From contig JBBTNS010000058.1 in NCBI GenBank assembly GCA_038067655.1, positions 1 to 44,044 of the forward strand: DNA of 44,044 bases, written 5' to 3'. The translations under genes and the position numbers were made by a program. The notes under the pieces were generated by a model. The model saw only the letters and a program-made list of their open reading frames with translations, ran no database searches and was not told where the DNA came from. Shown one piece after another: positions 1-9,667 of the stretch. The DNA is from Nitrospirota bacterium (GTDB lineage Bacteria; Nitrospirota; Nitrospiria; SBBL01; SBBA01). The number at the start of each line of letters is the position of its first letter. The stretch's first letter is position 1.

Positions 1-57
1 CAATATCCAAGGGGGCTTCCCAGTTTTCTTAAACTCCTATCTCTGTTTTAGGGTCTC

Positions 58-180
58 TCAATGCTCAACGATCCAGTTCAGGGGCGTGCGCTTGTAGTAT
101 TTCCCACGCTCTAGCCTGCCAAAGTCGGAACGCTTGTATTCAGCCCGAAGATCATCAGATGTGGAATGATCTCCTTTCAT
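58..180 (-). pseudogene. Truncated BrnA-like antitoxin remnant (40 aa)
   Basis: Hand-translated MKGDHSTSDDLRAEYKRSDFGRLERGKYYKRTPLNWIVEH* with a GAAAGGA RBS. The DLRxEY...RGKY pattern resembles the N-terminus of BrnA-type antitoxins, but the C-terminal part is missing. Confidence 0.45.
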
Positions 181-232
181 AAATTTTCCTTTCAAATCGG
201 ATTTTGGTTTTGGAGAGGCGGGAAGTGCCTAT

Positions 233-1951
233 TTAAATCGCGTCGGCAATCGCCTGTTTCAAGTGGAGAAGCCCGGCCTCAACATCCGATCCAAGATGAA
301 TCCATAGGATGCGACGATTGTGCTGAATGAGACTCATAAAATCTCCTTGCGCTTGTGCGGATTTTAAAAGACCAAATGTAAACGGCTCCCCTGGAATCGC
401 TAAGTCATTCGAATCGTCCGCAGTAATCTGAATAAAAAGACCAGAATCGGGGCCGCCTTTATGCAACTGCCCCGTCGAATGAAGAAAGCGCGGGCCATAA
501 TTTAATGTGGTGGCCACCCTTTTTTTGTCTAAAATTAAAAGACGAATCGCGGAAAGTTTCTGATGGATTCTGTCATTTCGCTCAAGATACACATTGAGCG
601 CGACATAATCGCCCGAATTCACTGGGTCAAGATGCTCGGCCAATACGTCGGATAATTTATTCATTGCTTTAAGCCGCTCTCGGTTTTTATAATCACAAAA
701 AACAGAGAGCCCCGATTCAACAAGGAATGGCACTTCTTCGCGCAGACGGCCATTGATCTTAAACCCTTCTAAGAGGGCCTGGGTGTTCTCTTTGCTCTCC
801 TGCACATTAGGCTGATCAAAGGGATTAATTCGAAGCAGTGATCCCGCAATGACGGTCGCGATTTCCCAAAGAAAGAATGCTTGCCCGAGATTGAGTAGAT
901 CTGAAACCTCCGCGACAATCATCGGATACCCGGCCGCGTTCAGCACGGCCATTTTGTCCGCCTCTGTTTTTATATCATTGACATAATGGATATAAACAAA
1001 GAGCCGATCGTACCCATAGACCGTGGGATTGCCCAACGGCTCGTCAGCGATCGGAATGATTCCTATTTCTTCCTTTCCGGTGCTTTCAGCAATGAGCTGT
1101 TCTAACCATGCCGAGAAAGCACTGATGGCCGGGGAGGTGATAAAAGTAAGCTTGTCCCGCCCAAGTTTGGCCAGCTCTGCCAAGGTCACACCCATCAGTA
1201 CCCCTGGATTTTCTGCCAAAGGAATATCAGGGCCGCAGCTTTTGATCATTGCTTTGGCGCGATGCAAGAGTGTGTCAACATCAACACCCATCAGTGCGGC
1301 TGGAACGATTCCAAAGTTGGAAAGCGCGGAATAACGTCCGCCGATATCGGGTACCCCAAAAAAGAGATCACGAAATTTATCTTTTAGCGCAATTTGATGA
1401 AGCGGTGAGGAAGGATCGGTAATCGCAACAAAATGTGTCCCAGCAGTATCCCCCTTCATTTTCTGCATTTGATGAAAGAAGTACCGATAAAGCATTAATG
1501 TTTCTATCGTGGATCCCGACTTGCTGGAAACGATAAAGAGCGTTTTCTCAAGATCAATTTGACGTTCAATCTGCTTGATCTGATCTGGAATCGTACTATC
1601 TAGGATATACAGCTTGGGAAAGCCGGGAACAATACCAAAGGTCATCCGAAACACTTCGGGAGAAAGACTGCTTCCCCCCATTCCCAACAATAAAACATCT
1701 TTGAAACCTTCGGCCTGAACGGACGCAACAAACGTTTTGATTTTCGGAAGAAGATCTATTTCTTGGTCAACAACATGAAGCCAGCCAAGGGCGTTTTGAA
1801 TGATTCTATGGTGGGCTGGGCCTTTATGCCAGATCGTCGGGTCCTTCTCCCAAAGCCGTTTGACAAAGTCCTGCTGCAGAAAGACCGCAAGCTTTGCATC
1901 AACTTCTGCACGGCCATACCGCAATTCATAAAGAGGATTAAATGGGTTCAT
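233..1951 (-). CDS. pgi: Glucose-6-phosphate isomerase (Pgi half of the Tal-Pgi type)
   Basis: Motifs GMGGSSL, SSKSGSTIET, DIGGRYSALS, EQLIAESTGK, INPFDQPNVQESK and GPRFLHSTGQLHKGG. Confidence 0.9.
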   Translation of the reverse strand: MNPFNPLYELRYGRAEVDAKLAVFLQQDFVKRLWEKDPTIWHKGPAHHRIIQNALGWLHVVDQEIDLLPKIKTFVASVQAEGFKDVLLLGMGGSSLSPEVFRMTFGIVPGFPKLYILDSTIPDQIKQIERQIDLEKTLFIVSSKSGSTIETLMLYRYFFHQMQKMKGDTAGTHFVAITDPSSPLHQIALKDKFRDLFFGVPDIGGRYSALSNFGIVPAALMGVDVDTLLHRAKAMIKSCGPDIPLAENPGVLMGVTLAELAKLGRDKLTFITSPAISAFSAWLEQLIAESTGKEEIGIIPIADEPLGNPTVYGYDRLFVYIHYVNDIKTEADKMAVLNAAGYPMIVAEVSDLLNLGQAFFLWEIATVIAGSLLRINPFDQPNVQESKENTQALLEGFKINGRLREEVPFLVESGLSVFCDYKNRERLKAMNKLSDVLAEHLDPVNSGDYVALNVYLERNDRIHQKLSAIRLLILDKKRVATTLNYGPRFLHSTGQLHKGGPDSGLFIQITADDSNDLAIPGEPFTFGLLKSAQAQGDFMSLIQHNRRILWIHLGSDVEAGLLHLKQAIADAI

Positions 1952-1964
1952 TGTTATTGTTCAG

Positions 1965-2056
1965 TGGCGGAGAGAGAGGGATTTGAACCCCCGGTGGAGT
2001 TACCCCCACATCTGCTTTCGAGGCAGACGCCTTCAACCGAACTCGGCCATCTCTCC
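1965..2056 (-). tRNA. tRNA-Ser (anticodon CGA)
   Basis: Reverse complement reads GGAGAGATGGCCGAG...TCTGC-CTCGAAA-GCAGA, a long variable arm, GGTTCAAATCC, CTCTCTCC-G-CCA. The acceptor stem pairs and CCA is encoded. Confidence 0.96.
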
Positions 2057-2079
2057 ATATTCACGGGCGAACGATCGGC

Positions 2080-2556
2080 TCACCCCGACAAACGAAGTCT
2101 CCGCATTTTGAAAAAATCCTTTAGCAATGCCGCTGACAAATCAGCAGCCACGCCGCCAACCACTGCAATCGCATGTCTGATTCTCCGATCTGCGATGATA
2201 TCATGTACCGACCCGCATGCTCCCGCCTTTGGATCGGCTGCTCCAAAGATCAGACGCTCTACCCGTGCCTCTAAAATCGCCCCCGCGCACATCGCACAAG
2301 GTTCAAGCGTCACATATAATGTCCCGCCCAGCCGCCACCGGGCCAATAGCTTAGCCGCCTTCCGAAGCACCAGCATCTCTGCGTGCGCGGTCGGATCGTT
2401 TCGGCTTTCCTTCAGATTATAGGCTGAAAATTGCTGCCCATCACAAATAAAAACCGCACCGACAGGAACTTCCCCGCGACGAGCCGCCCGCTTGGCGGCA
2501 AACAAGGCAGCCTGCATTCTATCTAAATCATTTTCCGGCAACAAGGAATTCTGCAA
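2080..2556 (-). CDS. tadA: tRNA adenosine(34) deaminase
   Basis: GEVPVGAV, DPTAHAE, LYVTLEPCAMC and DPKAGA motifs. The exact start is uncertain. Confidence 0.92.
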   Translation of the reverse strand: MQNSLLPENDLDRMQAALFAAKRAARRGEVPVGAVFICDGQQFSAYNLKESRNDPTAHAEMLVLRKAAKLLARWRLGGTLYVTLEPCAMCAGAILEARVERLIFGAADPKAGACGSVHDIIADRRIRHAIAVVGGVAADLSAALLKDFFKMRRLRLSG

Positions 2557-3544
2557 TCTGTATTGCGTTTAAGGCCGCGCCTTTTCGTAGGTTATCCCCG
2601 ACGACCCAAAGATGAAGACCGTTTGTAACCGATTGATCTTCCCGAATCCGCCCAACATAAACATCGTCTTTGTCTGTTGTCGTGAGCGGCGTTGGATAAA
2701 TGCCGCGCGAAGGGTCATCAAAAACGATCACGCCCGGTGCGGCAGCCAAAATCGCTCGTGCTTCATTGGGGGTTATTTTTTTCTCCAACTCGATATTCAC
2801 CGACTCTCCATGAGAACGAAAGACCGGCACTCGAATGGTCGTCGCTGTGATGGCAAGCGTCGGAAGATTCAGAATCTTTCGGGTCTCAGCAATGATTTTT
2901 GTTTCTTCCTCCGTAAATCCTGTTGCTGGGTCAATGTCCCAGTTCACAATACAGTTAAAGGCGATCTGCTCTTTGTAGACATTTCGTTCCACGTCTTGAA
3001 AAGAAAGGATCGCACGGGTTTGCTCCAGCAGTTCGTCTATGGCATCTTTGCCCGTGCCAGAAACGGATTGAAAGGTGGTCACAATGACTCGGCGAAGCAC
3101 TGCGGCGTCATGAAGCGGTTTTAATGCAACCACCAACTGCGCGGTAGAGCAATTCGGATTCGCAATGATGCCGCGATGCGATGAGATGGCATCACGATTC
3201 ACTTCTGGCACAACCAGGGGGACGGCCGGATCCATTCGATAAGCGCTCGAATTATCAATCACCACCGCACCCGCTTTCACCGCATGCGGGGTCATCTTCT
3301 TGCTAAGCGATCCATCGGTTGCGCCCAGCACAATATCAATACCCGAAAAAACACGTTCTGTGAGCGGGGAAACGACAATCTCTTCGCCACAAAACGAAAG
3401 GGTGGTTCCAGCAGAACGTTCAGAGGCAAAAAGATGGAGCCGTTCAACGGGGAATTTGCGTTCTTCCAAAATGGAGATCATCTCCTGCCCGACAACGCCG
3501 GTAGCCCCCATGACAGCAACTTGATATGCGCTTTTTTTCAACAT
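2528..3544 (-). CDS. asd: Aspartate-semialdehyde dehydrogenase
   Basis: GATGVVG, VIDNSSAYR, IANPNCST, SVSGTG and DNLRKGAALN motifs. Start trimmed to the ATG at 3544 (MLKKSAYQVAV) to avoid overlapping lysA. Confidence 0.95.
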   Translation of the reverse strand: MLKKSAYQVAVMGATGVVGQEMISILEERKFPVERLHLFASERSAGTTLSFCGEEIVVSPLTERVFSGIDIVLGATDGSLSKKMTPHAVKAGAVVIDNSSAYRMDPAVPLVVPEVNRDAISSHRGIIANPNCSTAQLVVALKPLHDAAVLRRVIVTTFQSVSGTGKDAIDELLEQTRAILSFQDVERNVYKEQIAFNCIVNWDIDPATGFTEEETKIIAETRKILNLPTLAITATTIRVPVFRSHGESVNIELEKKITPNEARAILAAAPGVIVFDDPSRGIYPTPLTTTDKDDVYVGRIREDQSVTNGLHLWVVGDNLRKGAALNAIQIAEFLVAGK

Positions 3545-3698
3545 AATTTGTCGAGTATTCTGCCTTCTTGTTGCATAAAATTGCAAGAGGCTGTCTTTTG
3601 TTGCCACATGCAGAGAGTTCATCCCGATGATAAATTGCATTAGAATAATACCATGGTGTATCTTACAGAAGATTATAATAACATGAGGATGTAAGACG

Positions 3699-4967
3699 AT
3701 GAACGATTTTTTGTATAAAAAAGGCAAGCTCTTCTGTGAGCAGGTTGCTCTTGAAACCATTGCAAGCACGGTTTCCACTCCCTTCTACGCCTATAGCGCA
3801 AACACCTTACGACGGCAGATCAAAGCGTATCAAAAAGGATTCTCGGCAGTACCACATCTGGTTGCTTACGCAATGAAGGCGAATTCGAATCTGGCGATTC
3901 TCTCACTTTTAGCAAAAGAGGGTGGCGGCGCAGATATTGTTTCAGCCGGAGAGCTTTTCCGAGCACGAAAAGCCGGGGTCTCTCCCGAAAAAATTGTTTT
4001 TGCGGGGGTGGGGAAAACACGAGAGGAGATGAAGCAGGCGCTTCGTGCGGGAATCCTTCTTTTTAACGTCGAATCAGAGCAAGAATTGATTGCATTGGAC
4101 GAGGTCGCCAAATCCGTTAAGATGAAAGCCAAGGTCGCGCTTCGGGTTAATCCCGATGTGAATCCAAAAACCCATCCTTATATTTCGACCGGCCTCAAAA
4201 AGAGCAAATTTGGAATCAATAAGGCTCACGCGCTAAGCCACTATCTGTACGCCGCCAATCTTTCGAATATTGAAGTGGTCGGGATTCACTCTCATATTGG
4301 CTCTCAACTGACGGATGTTAAACCGTTTGTCGCTGCGATTTTAAAAGTTTCCGAAATGATTGAATCGTTGAAGAAAGAAGGGATTATTATTCGTTATTGG
4401 GATATTGGCGGTGGACTGGGGATTCAATATAATGACGAGACGCCGCCGTTGCCAAAAGATTTGGCCGCAGCGATTCTTCCGATCTTAAAAAAGAGCGGCT
4501 GCACCATTATTCTAGAGCCGGGGCGTTCGATTGTCGGCAATGCCGGTGCGTTGGTCACACGCGTTATTTACACCAAGGAGACCGAGATTAAGAAATTTGC
4601 CGTGGTGGATGCGGGTATGAACGATCTGATCCGGCCCTCGCTTTATGATGCTTATCATCAGATTCTGCCCGTCGTAAAGAAAAAGAGAGCGGGTCAGGTG
4701 GTGGATATTGTCGGCCCTATTTGTGAGTCAGGCGATTTTCTCGCGCAAGAGAGAGAAATGCCGGAAGTGAGACCCGATGAGCTTCTCGCGGTCATGAGCG
4801 CGGGGGCTTACGGATTCTCAATGGCCTCAAACTATAATGCCCGGCCGCGTATCGCCGAAGTATTGGTTGATGGCAATCAGTATGCCGTTGTTCGAGAACG
4901 GGAATCTCTGGACGATTTAGTCAGGGGTGAGAAGATTCCTCCCCCAAGCTGGGGGTTGCAAAAGTGA
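3699..4967 (+). CDS. lysA: Diaminopimelate decarboxylase
   Basis: YAMKAN (PLP lysine), HSHIGSQ, DIGGGLG, EPGRSIVG, GPICESGD and GAYGFSMASNYN motifs. Confidence 0.96.
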   Translation: MNDFLYKKGKLFCEQVALETIASTVSTPFYAYSANTLRRQIKAYQKGFSAVPHLVAYAMKANSNLAILSLLAKEGGGADIVSAGELFRARKAGVSPEKIVFAGVGKTREEMKQALRAGILLFNVESEQELIALDEVAKSVKMKAKVALRVNPDVNPKTHPYISTGLKKSKFGINKAHALSHYLYAANLSNIEVVGIHSHIGSQLTDVKPFVAAILKVSEMIESLKKEGIIIRYWDIGGGLGIQYNDETPPLPKDLAAAILPILKKSGCTIILEPGRSIVGNAGALVTRVIYTKETEIKKFAVVDAGMNDLIRPSLYDAYHQILPVVKKKRAGQVVDIVGPICESGDFLAQEREMPEVRPDELLAVMSAGAYGFSMASNYNARPRIAEVLVDGNQYAVVRERESLDDLVRGEKIPPPSWGLQK

Positions 4968-5035
4968 CTACTCCTCGCAGGCGTCGCTACGCCCGTTGGT
5001 CATGGTAAAACAAAACATCGATTGTCTGTGCAAAA

Positions 5036-5425
5036 GTGTTAATATCGCTGACAAAGGGGTTTATCCGGAAGAAAGAAGGATATCGTTTTTTCCTCGGCCT
5101 CCTCATTGTTAGCGGTGCCGTTATTTTTTGCTTGGGGATTCTTTTTTTCTATAGCCGAGAGATTGCCCTCTTCACATTCAAGAGGTTTGTGATTAATAAG
5201 GCCTTTGTCTCCATGCTCCCCAAGGAGTATACACTGGAGAAGGCCGAATCCATTCGCTCAACGGTGTACTATTTTTATGAGCACGCCGAAGAGCAAGGGG
5301 TTCTCGACAGGACCGTTATGCGCGTCAGCCAAAGGGTGCAGGAGATCATGGCCGACGAGAAGATGACACACGAAGAGGTACAATCACTTTTGATGTTGGT
5401 TGAACAGGCGAATAAAAATGAATAG
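5036..5425 (+). CDS. Hypothetical single-pass membrane protein
   Basis: 129-aa ORF with one N-terminal hydrophobic helix; its stop overlaps the next start. Confidence 0.6.
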   Translation: MLISLTKGFIRKKEGYRFFLGLLIVSGAVIFCLGILFFYSREIALFTFKRFVINKAFVSMLPKEYTLEKAESIRSTVYYFYEHAEEQGVLDRTVMRVSQRVQEIMADEKMTHEEVQSLLMLVEQANKNE

Positions 5426-5948
5426 ATTAGAAACATTTCAACCCTGTCAAAAGATCAACCTATCTTCTTGGTTAAGGAGGTTTAGAAAAATGTTTGCAAA
5501 AGGAGAGGGTATTGATATTGGCGGGATATTGACGGCCTTTAACCAGCGCAACGTCAGCTACTGTATCATTGGTGGTGTTGCTGTTTTTTTTCATGGGTAT
5601 GAACGTGCAACGGGGGATTTGGATTTGATTATCGCGGATAGTCAGGAAAATAAGGCGCGTGCCTTATTGGCATTAGAGTCGCTTGGAATCCATGCGGAAC
5701 AGACTCCCGTTGGACGGCATGCCCATCTTGATTTTCTCATTGATATCTCCACAGGCTTTCTTGCAGTGGGTTTCCCGCGTGCCATTGAAAATGCCGTAGA
5801 CGGAGAGGTTGACGGCGTGCCTTGTAAAATTGTCAGCAAAGCGCATCTGATTATCAATAAAAAAGCAGTGGGACGATTGCGCGATCTTAATGATGTAGAA
5901 GAGCTGGAAGGCCGAAGCCAGGAATATATTCCATCAGAGGGCGATTGA
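5418..5948 (+). CDS. Nucleotidyltransferase-fold protein (DUF6036-like)
   Basis: IIGGVAVFFHGYERATGDLD and NKKAVGRLRDLND motifs. Start is the ATG at 5418 or a later Met. Confidence 0.7.
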   Translation: MNRLETFQPCQKINLSSWLRRFRKMFAKGEGIDIGGILTAFNQRNVSYCIIGGVAVFFHGYERATGDLDLIIADSQENKARALLALESLGIHAEQTPVGRHAHLDFLIDISTGFLAVGFPRAIENAVDGEVDGVPCKIVSKAHLIINKKAVGRLRDLNDVEELEGRSQEYIPSEGD

Positions 5949-5955
5949 ATTTCCC

Positions 5956-6921
5956 ATGATAACCGTTATCGCCTATTCTAAAGAAACCGGATACCACCTT
6001 TTAGATAAGAGCGCGCTTGCCCCCCGTATTGGCGATGAAAAACACGACCTGATCTGGATTGATTTTGAAAGTGCTTCGCAGGATGAATCAACACTGCTTT
6101 CCACCTATTTCGATTTTCATCCACTGGCCATTGAAGACTGTATTGCTGAAACGCCTCTTCCCAAGGTAGACGATTTTGGGGATTATATCTTTCTGGTGCT
6201 TCATGGATCTCGATTGAAAACAGAAGATCAGTTTGCGACAAACGAGGTGAATTTTTTTCTGGGACATAACTATGTGGTCACTTATCATTACACCTTCTCC
6301 CGCAGCATTAAGGACGCACGCGAGCGATGTCTGAAAAATATACCCTCTGTTTTGCGGGGCGCGGATTTTCTCCTCCATGAAATACTCGATCGTTTGGTGG
6401 ATAACTATTTTCCGGTGTTGGCGCGATTTCATGATGAGATGGAACAGATCGATCAGGAGGTCTTTTCCAGCCCAAAAAAGAATACGCTCAATAAAATTGT
6501 GGCACTCAAAAAAGAGGTGACCGTACTCTATCGCACCATCTTGCCCCAACAGGAAATTCTCAATCGGCTTAGTCGAGACCCATTCTTAGTGATCAGCAGC
6601 AAAGCCACGGTCTATTACCGGGACGTCTATGATCATCTGGCCCGAATTGCGGAGTTGGCCGATTCCTATCAGGATCAGCTCAGCGGCACGCTGGAGGCCT
6701 ACTTGGCCGTCGTCTCCAATCGGCTAAATGAGGTGATGAAAGTCTTGACGATGTTCACGGCAACGCTCATGCCGCTCACACTGATTACCGGCATCTACGG
6801 AATGAATTTTGATAATATGCCGGAATTAAGGATGCGATTTGGCTATTTTGGTGTTCTGGGTCTTATGGCCGTAACAACCGCTGCGGTTGTCTTCTTCTTC
6901 CGAAAAAAGAAATGGCTCTAG
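5956..6921 (+). CDS. corA: Magnesium/cobalt transporter
   Basis: FHPLAIED, YYRDVYDH and the GIYGMNFDNMPEL signature, with two C-terminal TM helices. Confidence 0.95.
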   Translation: MITVIAYSKETGYHLLDKSALAPRIGDEKHDLIWIDFESASQDESTLLSTYFDFHPLAIEDCIAETPLPKVDDFGDYIFLVLHGSRLKTEDQFATNEVNFFLGHNYVVTYHYTFSRSIKDARERCLKNIPSVLRGADFLLHEILDRLVDNYFPVLARFHDEMEQIDQEVFSSPKKNTLNKIVALKKEVTVLYRTILPQQEILNRLSRDPFLVISSKATVYYRDVYDHLARIAELADSYQDQLSGTLEAYLAVVSNRLNEVMKVLTMFTATLMPLTLITGIYGMNFDNMPELRMRFGYFGVLGLMAVTTAAVVFFFRKKKWL

Positions 6922-6948
6922 TGGCGGCGGACACGCAGGGTACGACTG

Positions 6949-7908
6949 CTACCGCAGTCTATGCCCGCTCTGTATTTCGTCTCTCTTCGCATCATCGAAC
7001 AACTGTCTTTTCAACTGCCCGATAAATTGGGTTTCCAATATTAGCCACGCGACACAAATTGCCATCAAGATCGCTAAATCTGCCGCAGGAGAAATCTGAA
7101 TTTTTAACATTTCTCTATAAATATAGAGCAGTCCGATGAAATAGGTGATCGCCATCGTCACTCCAGGCCAGAGAAAAAACCGAATGAGCGATCTGCTGGC
7201 CGTTTCGGCAGCCGTTTCGGCAGCGGTTTTTGCGATCAATCGAGCATAACAGAAAGTGACTAGCGCACCAACAATAATTCCCATAAATATAATTTGCCCA
7301 ATCATTTTCTCAATATAGATCCCTCCAATAAAACCGATCGGCCAGATCAAACAAACACAAGACGCAATGACCATCATGTGGGAGAGGAGATCTGATTTTA
7401 AAAAAACGCAAATAGACTTTCCATCCGGAAAGATATCAATTTTATGATCCGGAAATCGGGCGCGATAATAGCCTATTTCAAACCCGTCTCGGGCGACCGC
7501 CGTTGCGACGAAGCTAATCATTGCCGCGCGCACAACGCCATAGCCAAAAAGATACTCCACCAGGCCTAAAATCATGAAGTAGAGAAAAAGCGGATAGAAA
7601 AAGCCAATTTTAATGCCAAGCCATAAAAATTCCTCGCGTCGTTCCCGAAAAAGTGTTAAGAACGGCGCACCAAACCCTTGCGCATAACCATAGAAGGCAA
7701 CCGGAATACAAGTCAAAGCGGACAGAAGGCCGATGATTAAAATTGCAATCGTGCGCGTTTCAGAATAAATAAGATAGGCAATTGCAAAAAAGGGGGGATA
7801 AACAGCAAATCCCGACAAAAGGATATACCGCCATTGTCGCTTTTTTGCCGCTTTATCCTGATTCAGGAACGCCCCGTAGAGAAGACGCAATTTCAAACGA
7901 TGTAGCAT
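6949..7908 (-). CDS. Hypothetical polytopic membrane protein
   Basis: 319 aa with about 8 hydrophobic segments; no family recognised. Confidence 0.7.
   Translation of the reverse strand: MLHRLKLRLLYGAFLNQDKAAKKRQWRYILLSGFAVYPPFFAIAYLIYSETRTIAILIIGLLSALTCIPVAFYGYAQGFGAPFLTLFRERREEFLWLGIKIGFFYPLFLYFMILGLVEYLFGYGVVRAAMISFVATAVARDGFEIGYYRARFPDHKIDIFPDGKSICVFLKSDLLSHMMVIASCVCLIWPIGFIGGIYIEKMIGQIIFMGIIVGALVTFCYARLIAKTAAETAAETASRSLIRFFLWPGVTMAITYFIGLLYIYREMLKIQISPAADLAILMAICVAWLILETQFIGQLKRQLFDDAKRDEIQSGHRLR
7199..7229. repeat. 12-bp tandem repeat inside CDS
   Basis: GCCGTTTCGGCA twice plus a partial GCGGTTT, encoding TAAETAAETA. Confidence 0.7.
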
Positions 7909-7920
7909 ACTATTTCACAG

Positions 7921-7946
7921 CGTTCATGGTGAGCTTGTCGAACCAT
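7921..7946. repeat. REP-like palindrome
   Basis: CGTTCATGGTGAGCTTGTCGAACCAT; related to TTTCACTGAGCCTGTCGAAGTG inside the 39473-39602 element. Confidence 0.55.
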
Positions 7947-7949
7947 ACT

Positions 7950-8582
7950 CTAGAAGATTGCATGCAGCTCCTGAACGGTTCGAAAATAAAAGTCGGGATG
8001 CGCTTCCTTTAATTCGCTCTCGTTTCCAAAGCCATAGCCCACCGAGCAGATTTTAATACCCGCCGCACGCGCCGCATAAATATCGTTCAGCATATCACCA
8101 ATCAAGACGGTTTCATTTGCCGGTACATTGAGTGCATCGAGCGTTCTTAAAATCATTTCCGGATCGGGCTTCAACTTCATTCCCGCTTGCGCACCAAAGA
8201 CACATTCAAAATCATTCGGGCAAAGCCCATCAATAATTTTGTCGGTAAATTGCATCCGCTTATTGGTTGCGACTGATTTTCGCTTATTTTTATTTTGAGC
8301 AAGCAGTTCGGCCATCCCCGGATAAAGAGCCGTATCATCAAGCAGATGCGCCAGATAATGACCCTCAAATATCTTCAGTGTTTTCTCAAGAAACACGGGA
8401 TCGTCACTTCCGGTTGCATCGGTAAGCAACCGGTATACCCCGTTACCGACAAAGCTGTAAATGGTTTCTTCGGGCAATGCTGGCAATTTCAAATCCCGAA
8501 AGGTACGGTTGACTGCGTTCGCAATATCCTTTCGCGAGTCAATGAGTGTGCCGTCTAAATCAAATATATACAGAGAAAACAA
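7950..8582 (-). CDS. HAD-family phosphatase, phosphoglycolate phosphatase-like
   Basis: FDLDGTLIDS, VATNK, KPDP and IGDMLND motifs. Confidence 0.88.
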   Translation of the reverse strand: MFSLYIFDLDGTLIDSRKDIANAVNRTFRDLKLPALPEETIYSFVGNGVYRLLTDATGSDDPVFLEKTLKIFEGHYLAHLLDDTALYPGMAELLAQNKNKRKSVATNKRMQFTDKIIDGLCPNDFECVFGAQAGMKLKPDPEMILRTLDALNVPANETVLIGDMLNDIYAARAAGIKICSVGYGFGNESELKEAHPDFYFRTVQELHAIF

Positions 8583-8650
8583 GAAAACTCCAGTCTGTTG
8601 ATGCGGGGAATCATGCTCTGTAGAGCGATTGATGTCAATTGTTAGAAAAA

Positions 8651-9088
8651 TTAATAATAAAGAAGACTCTTCAACGTGAAAGTACGGGCAGGTTCGTTCG
8701 TGGGGAACACGTTCACGGTAATGACCCAGAGCGAAGGATTATTTTGACTCGGCGTAATTGTCCACTTGCGCGTCATCCTGTAGGCCAAAATCTGCTCCTC
8801 TTCATCTTGTATCCTTGGACGTGAATGCCGTAACGACTCCATTTTATTTTGGGCGAGCTGTGCCGTTAATGTCGTTTCTCGGCTCACAGCGAGAAGCCGA
8901 TGTCCACTACCAAAAAGGCTCATCATGCCAAGAATCCCAATGGATAAGATCGAAATCGCCACCATAACTTCCAAGAGAGAATATCCTTGGGTGGTTATTG
9001 GAATCCTTATTTTCAACCGATTTTTGTGGGTGCGCGAAGCGTCACGCCCTGCGCAGCACCCTTTCACTTCCAATCTTTCCCGTTCCAT
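8651..9088 (-). CDS. Type IV minor pilin / pseudopilin (PilV-like)
   Basis: Prepilin cleavage motif QG/YSLLEVMVAISIL. The true start may be further downstream (e.g. TTG at 9016). Confidence 0.82.
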   Translation of the reverse strand: MERERLEVKGCCAGRDASRTHKNRLKIRIPITTQGYSLLEVMVAISILSIGILGMMSLFGSGHRLLAVSRETTLTAQLAQNKMESLRHSRPRIQDEEEQILAYRMTRKWTITPSQNNPSLWVITVNVFPTNEPARTFTLKSLLYY

Positions 9089-9534
9089 CGATATTTTCTA
9101 ACACGGCCCGTGAAGTTTATCGTCACTGCAGTTCCTTCATTTTTAGAGTTTTTTAAATAAATTGCCCCCTTGTTTACTGTGCCATTTGGGCTGAAGATGG
9201 GAGTGTTATTAAGGAAGCTGATCCCGTCATAATCATCCTCGTCAAGAGGCCTTCCAGCGGGCGTCTTTGTAATCCCTTTTGCAACACCAATAGAAATATC
9301 GTTTGGAAGCATCCCCCGTATTGCTGGAGGTGGGATTGCCATTTCCTTGCCTTCGGTAATTGCCCTTTGACGCGCCAATCGCAACTGTCCAACTAAATTG
9401 AGACTGGCCTCTTTCAATTGCCGACGCGGCGCCTCTGCTCTAAAATCGGTCACAGCAAGCAAGCTGATCATTGCAACGATTGCCAGCGCGATACAAAGTT
9501 CAATGAGGGTGGCTCCAGATTGGGACCGATTCAT
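9064..9534 (-). CDS. FimT/GspH-like pseudopilin
   Basis: SG/ATLIELCIALAIV, LRLARQRAI, FSPNG and TGRVR motifs. Confidence 0.85.
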   Translation of the reverse strand: MNRSQSGATLIELCIALAIVAMISLLAVTDFRAEAPRRQLKEASLNLVGQLRLARQRAITEGKEMAIPPPAIRGMLPNDISIGVAKGITKTPAGRPLDEDDYDGISFLNNTPIFSPNGTVNKGAIYLKNSKNEGTAVTINFTGRVRKYRWNGKDWK

Positions 9535-9667
9535 TGGAAATCTTTCAAAGCGTTAGGGTGCGCTTCCTATCAGAAAGAATACTACATTCCGCCTGTTTGG
9601 TAGTCAAGGGGATAGACGTTTGAGTGGTTGGGAAATAATAGTAACGACATGCTAGAATAATAACACG

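Noticed and set aside
1965-2056. tRNA-Ser as a prophage or island attachment site
   Set aside because: No integrase and no duplicated tRNA 3' end was seen in the window.
1763-2422. 219-aa plus-strand ORF
   Set aside because: It is antisense to pgi, tRNA-Ser and tadA and has no recognisable motifs.
3545-3778. 77-aa N-terminal extension of asd in the ORF track
   Set aside because: It overlaps lysA head-to-head; Asd homology begins at the ATG at 3544.
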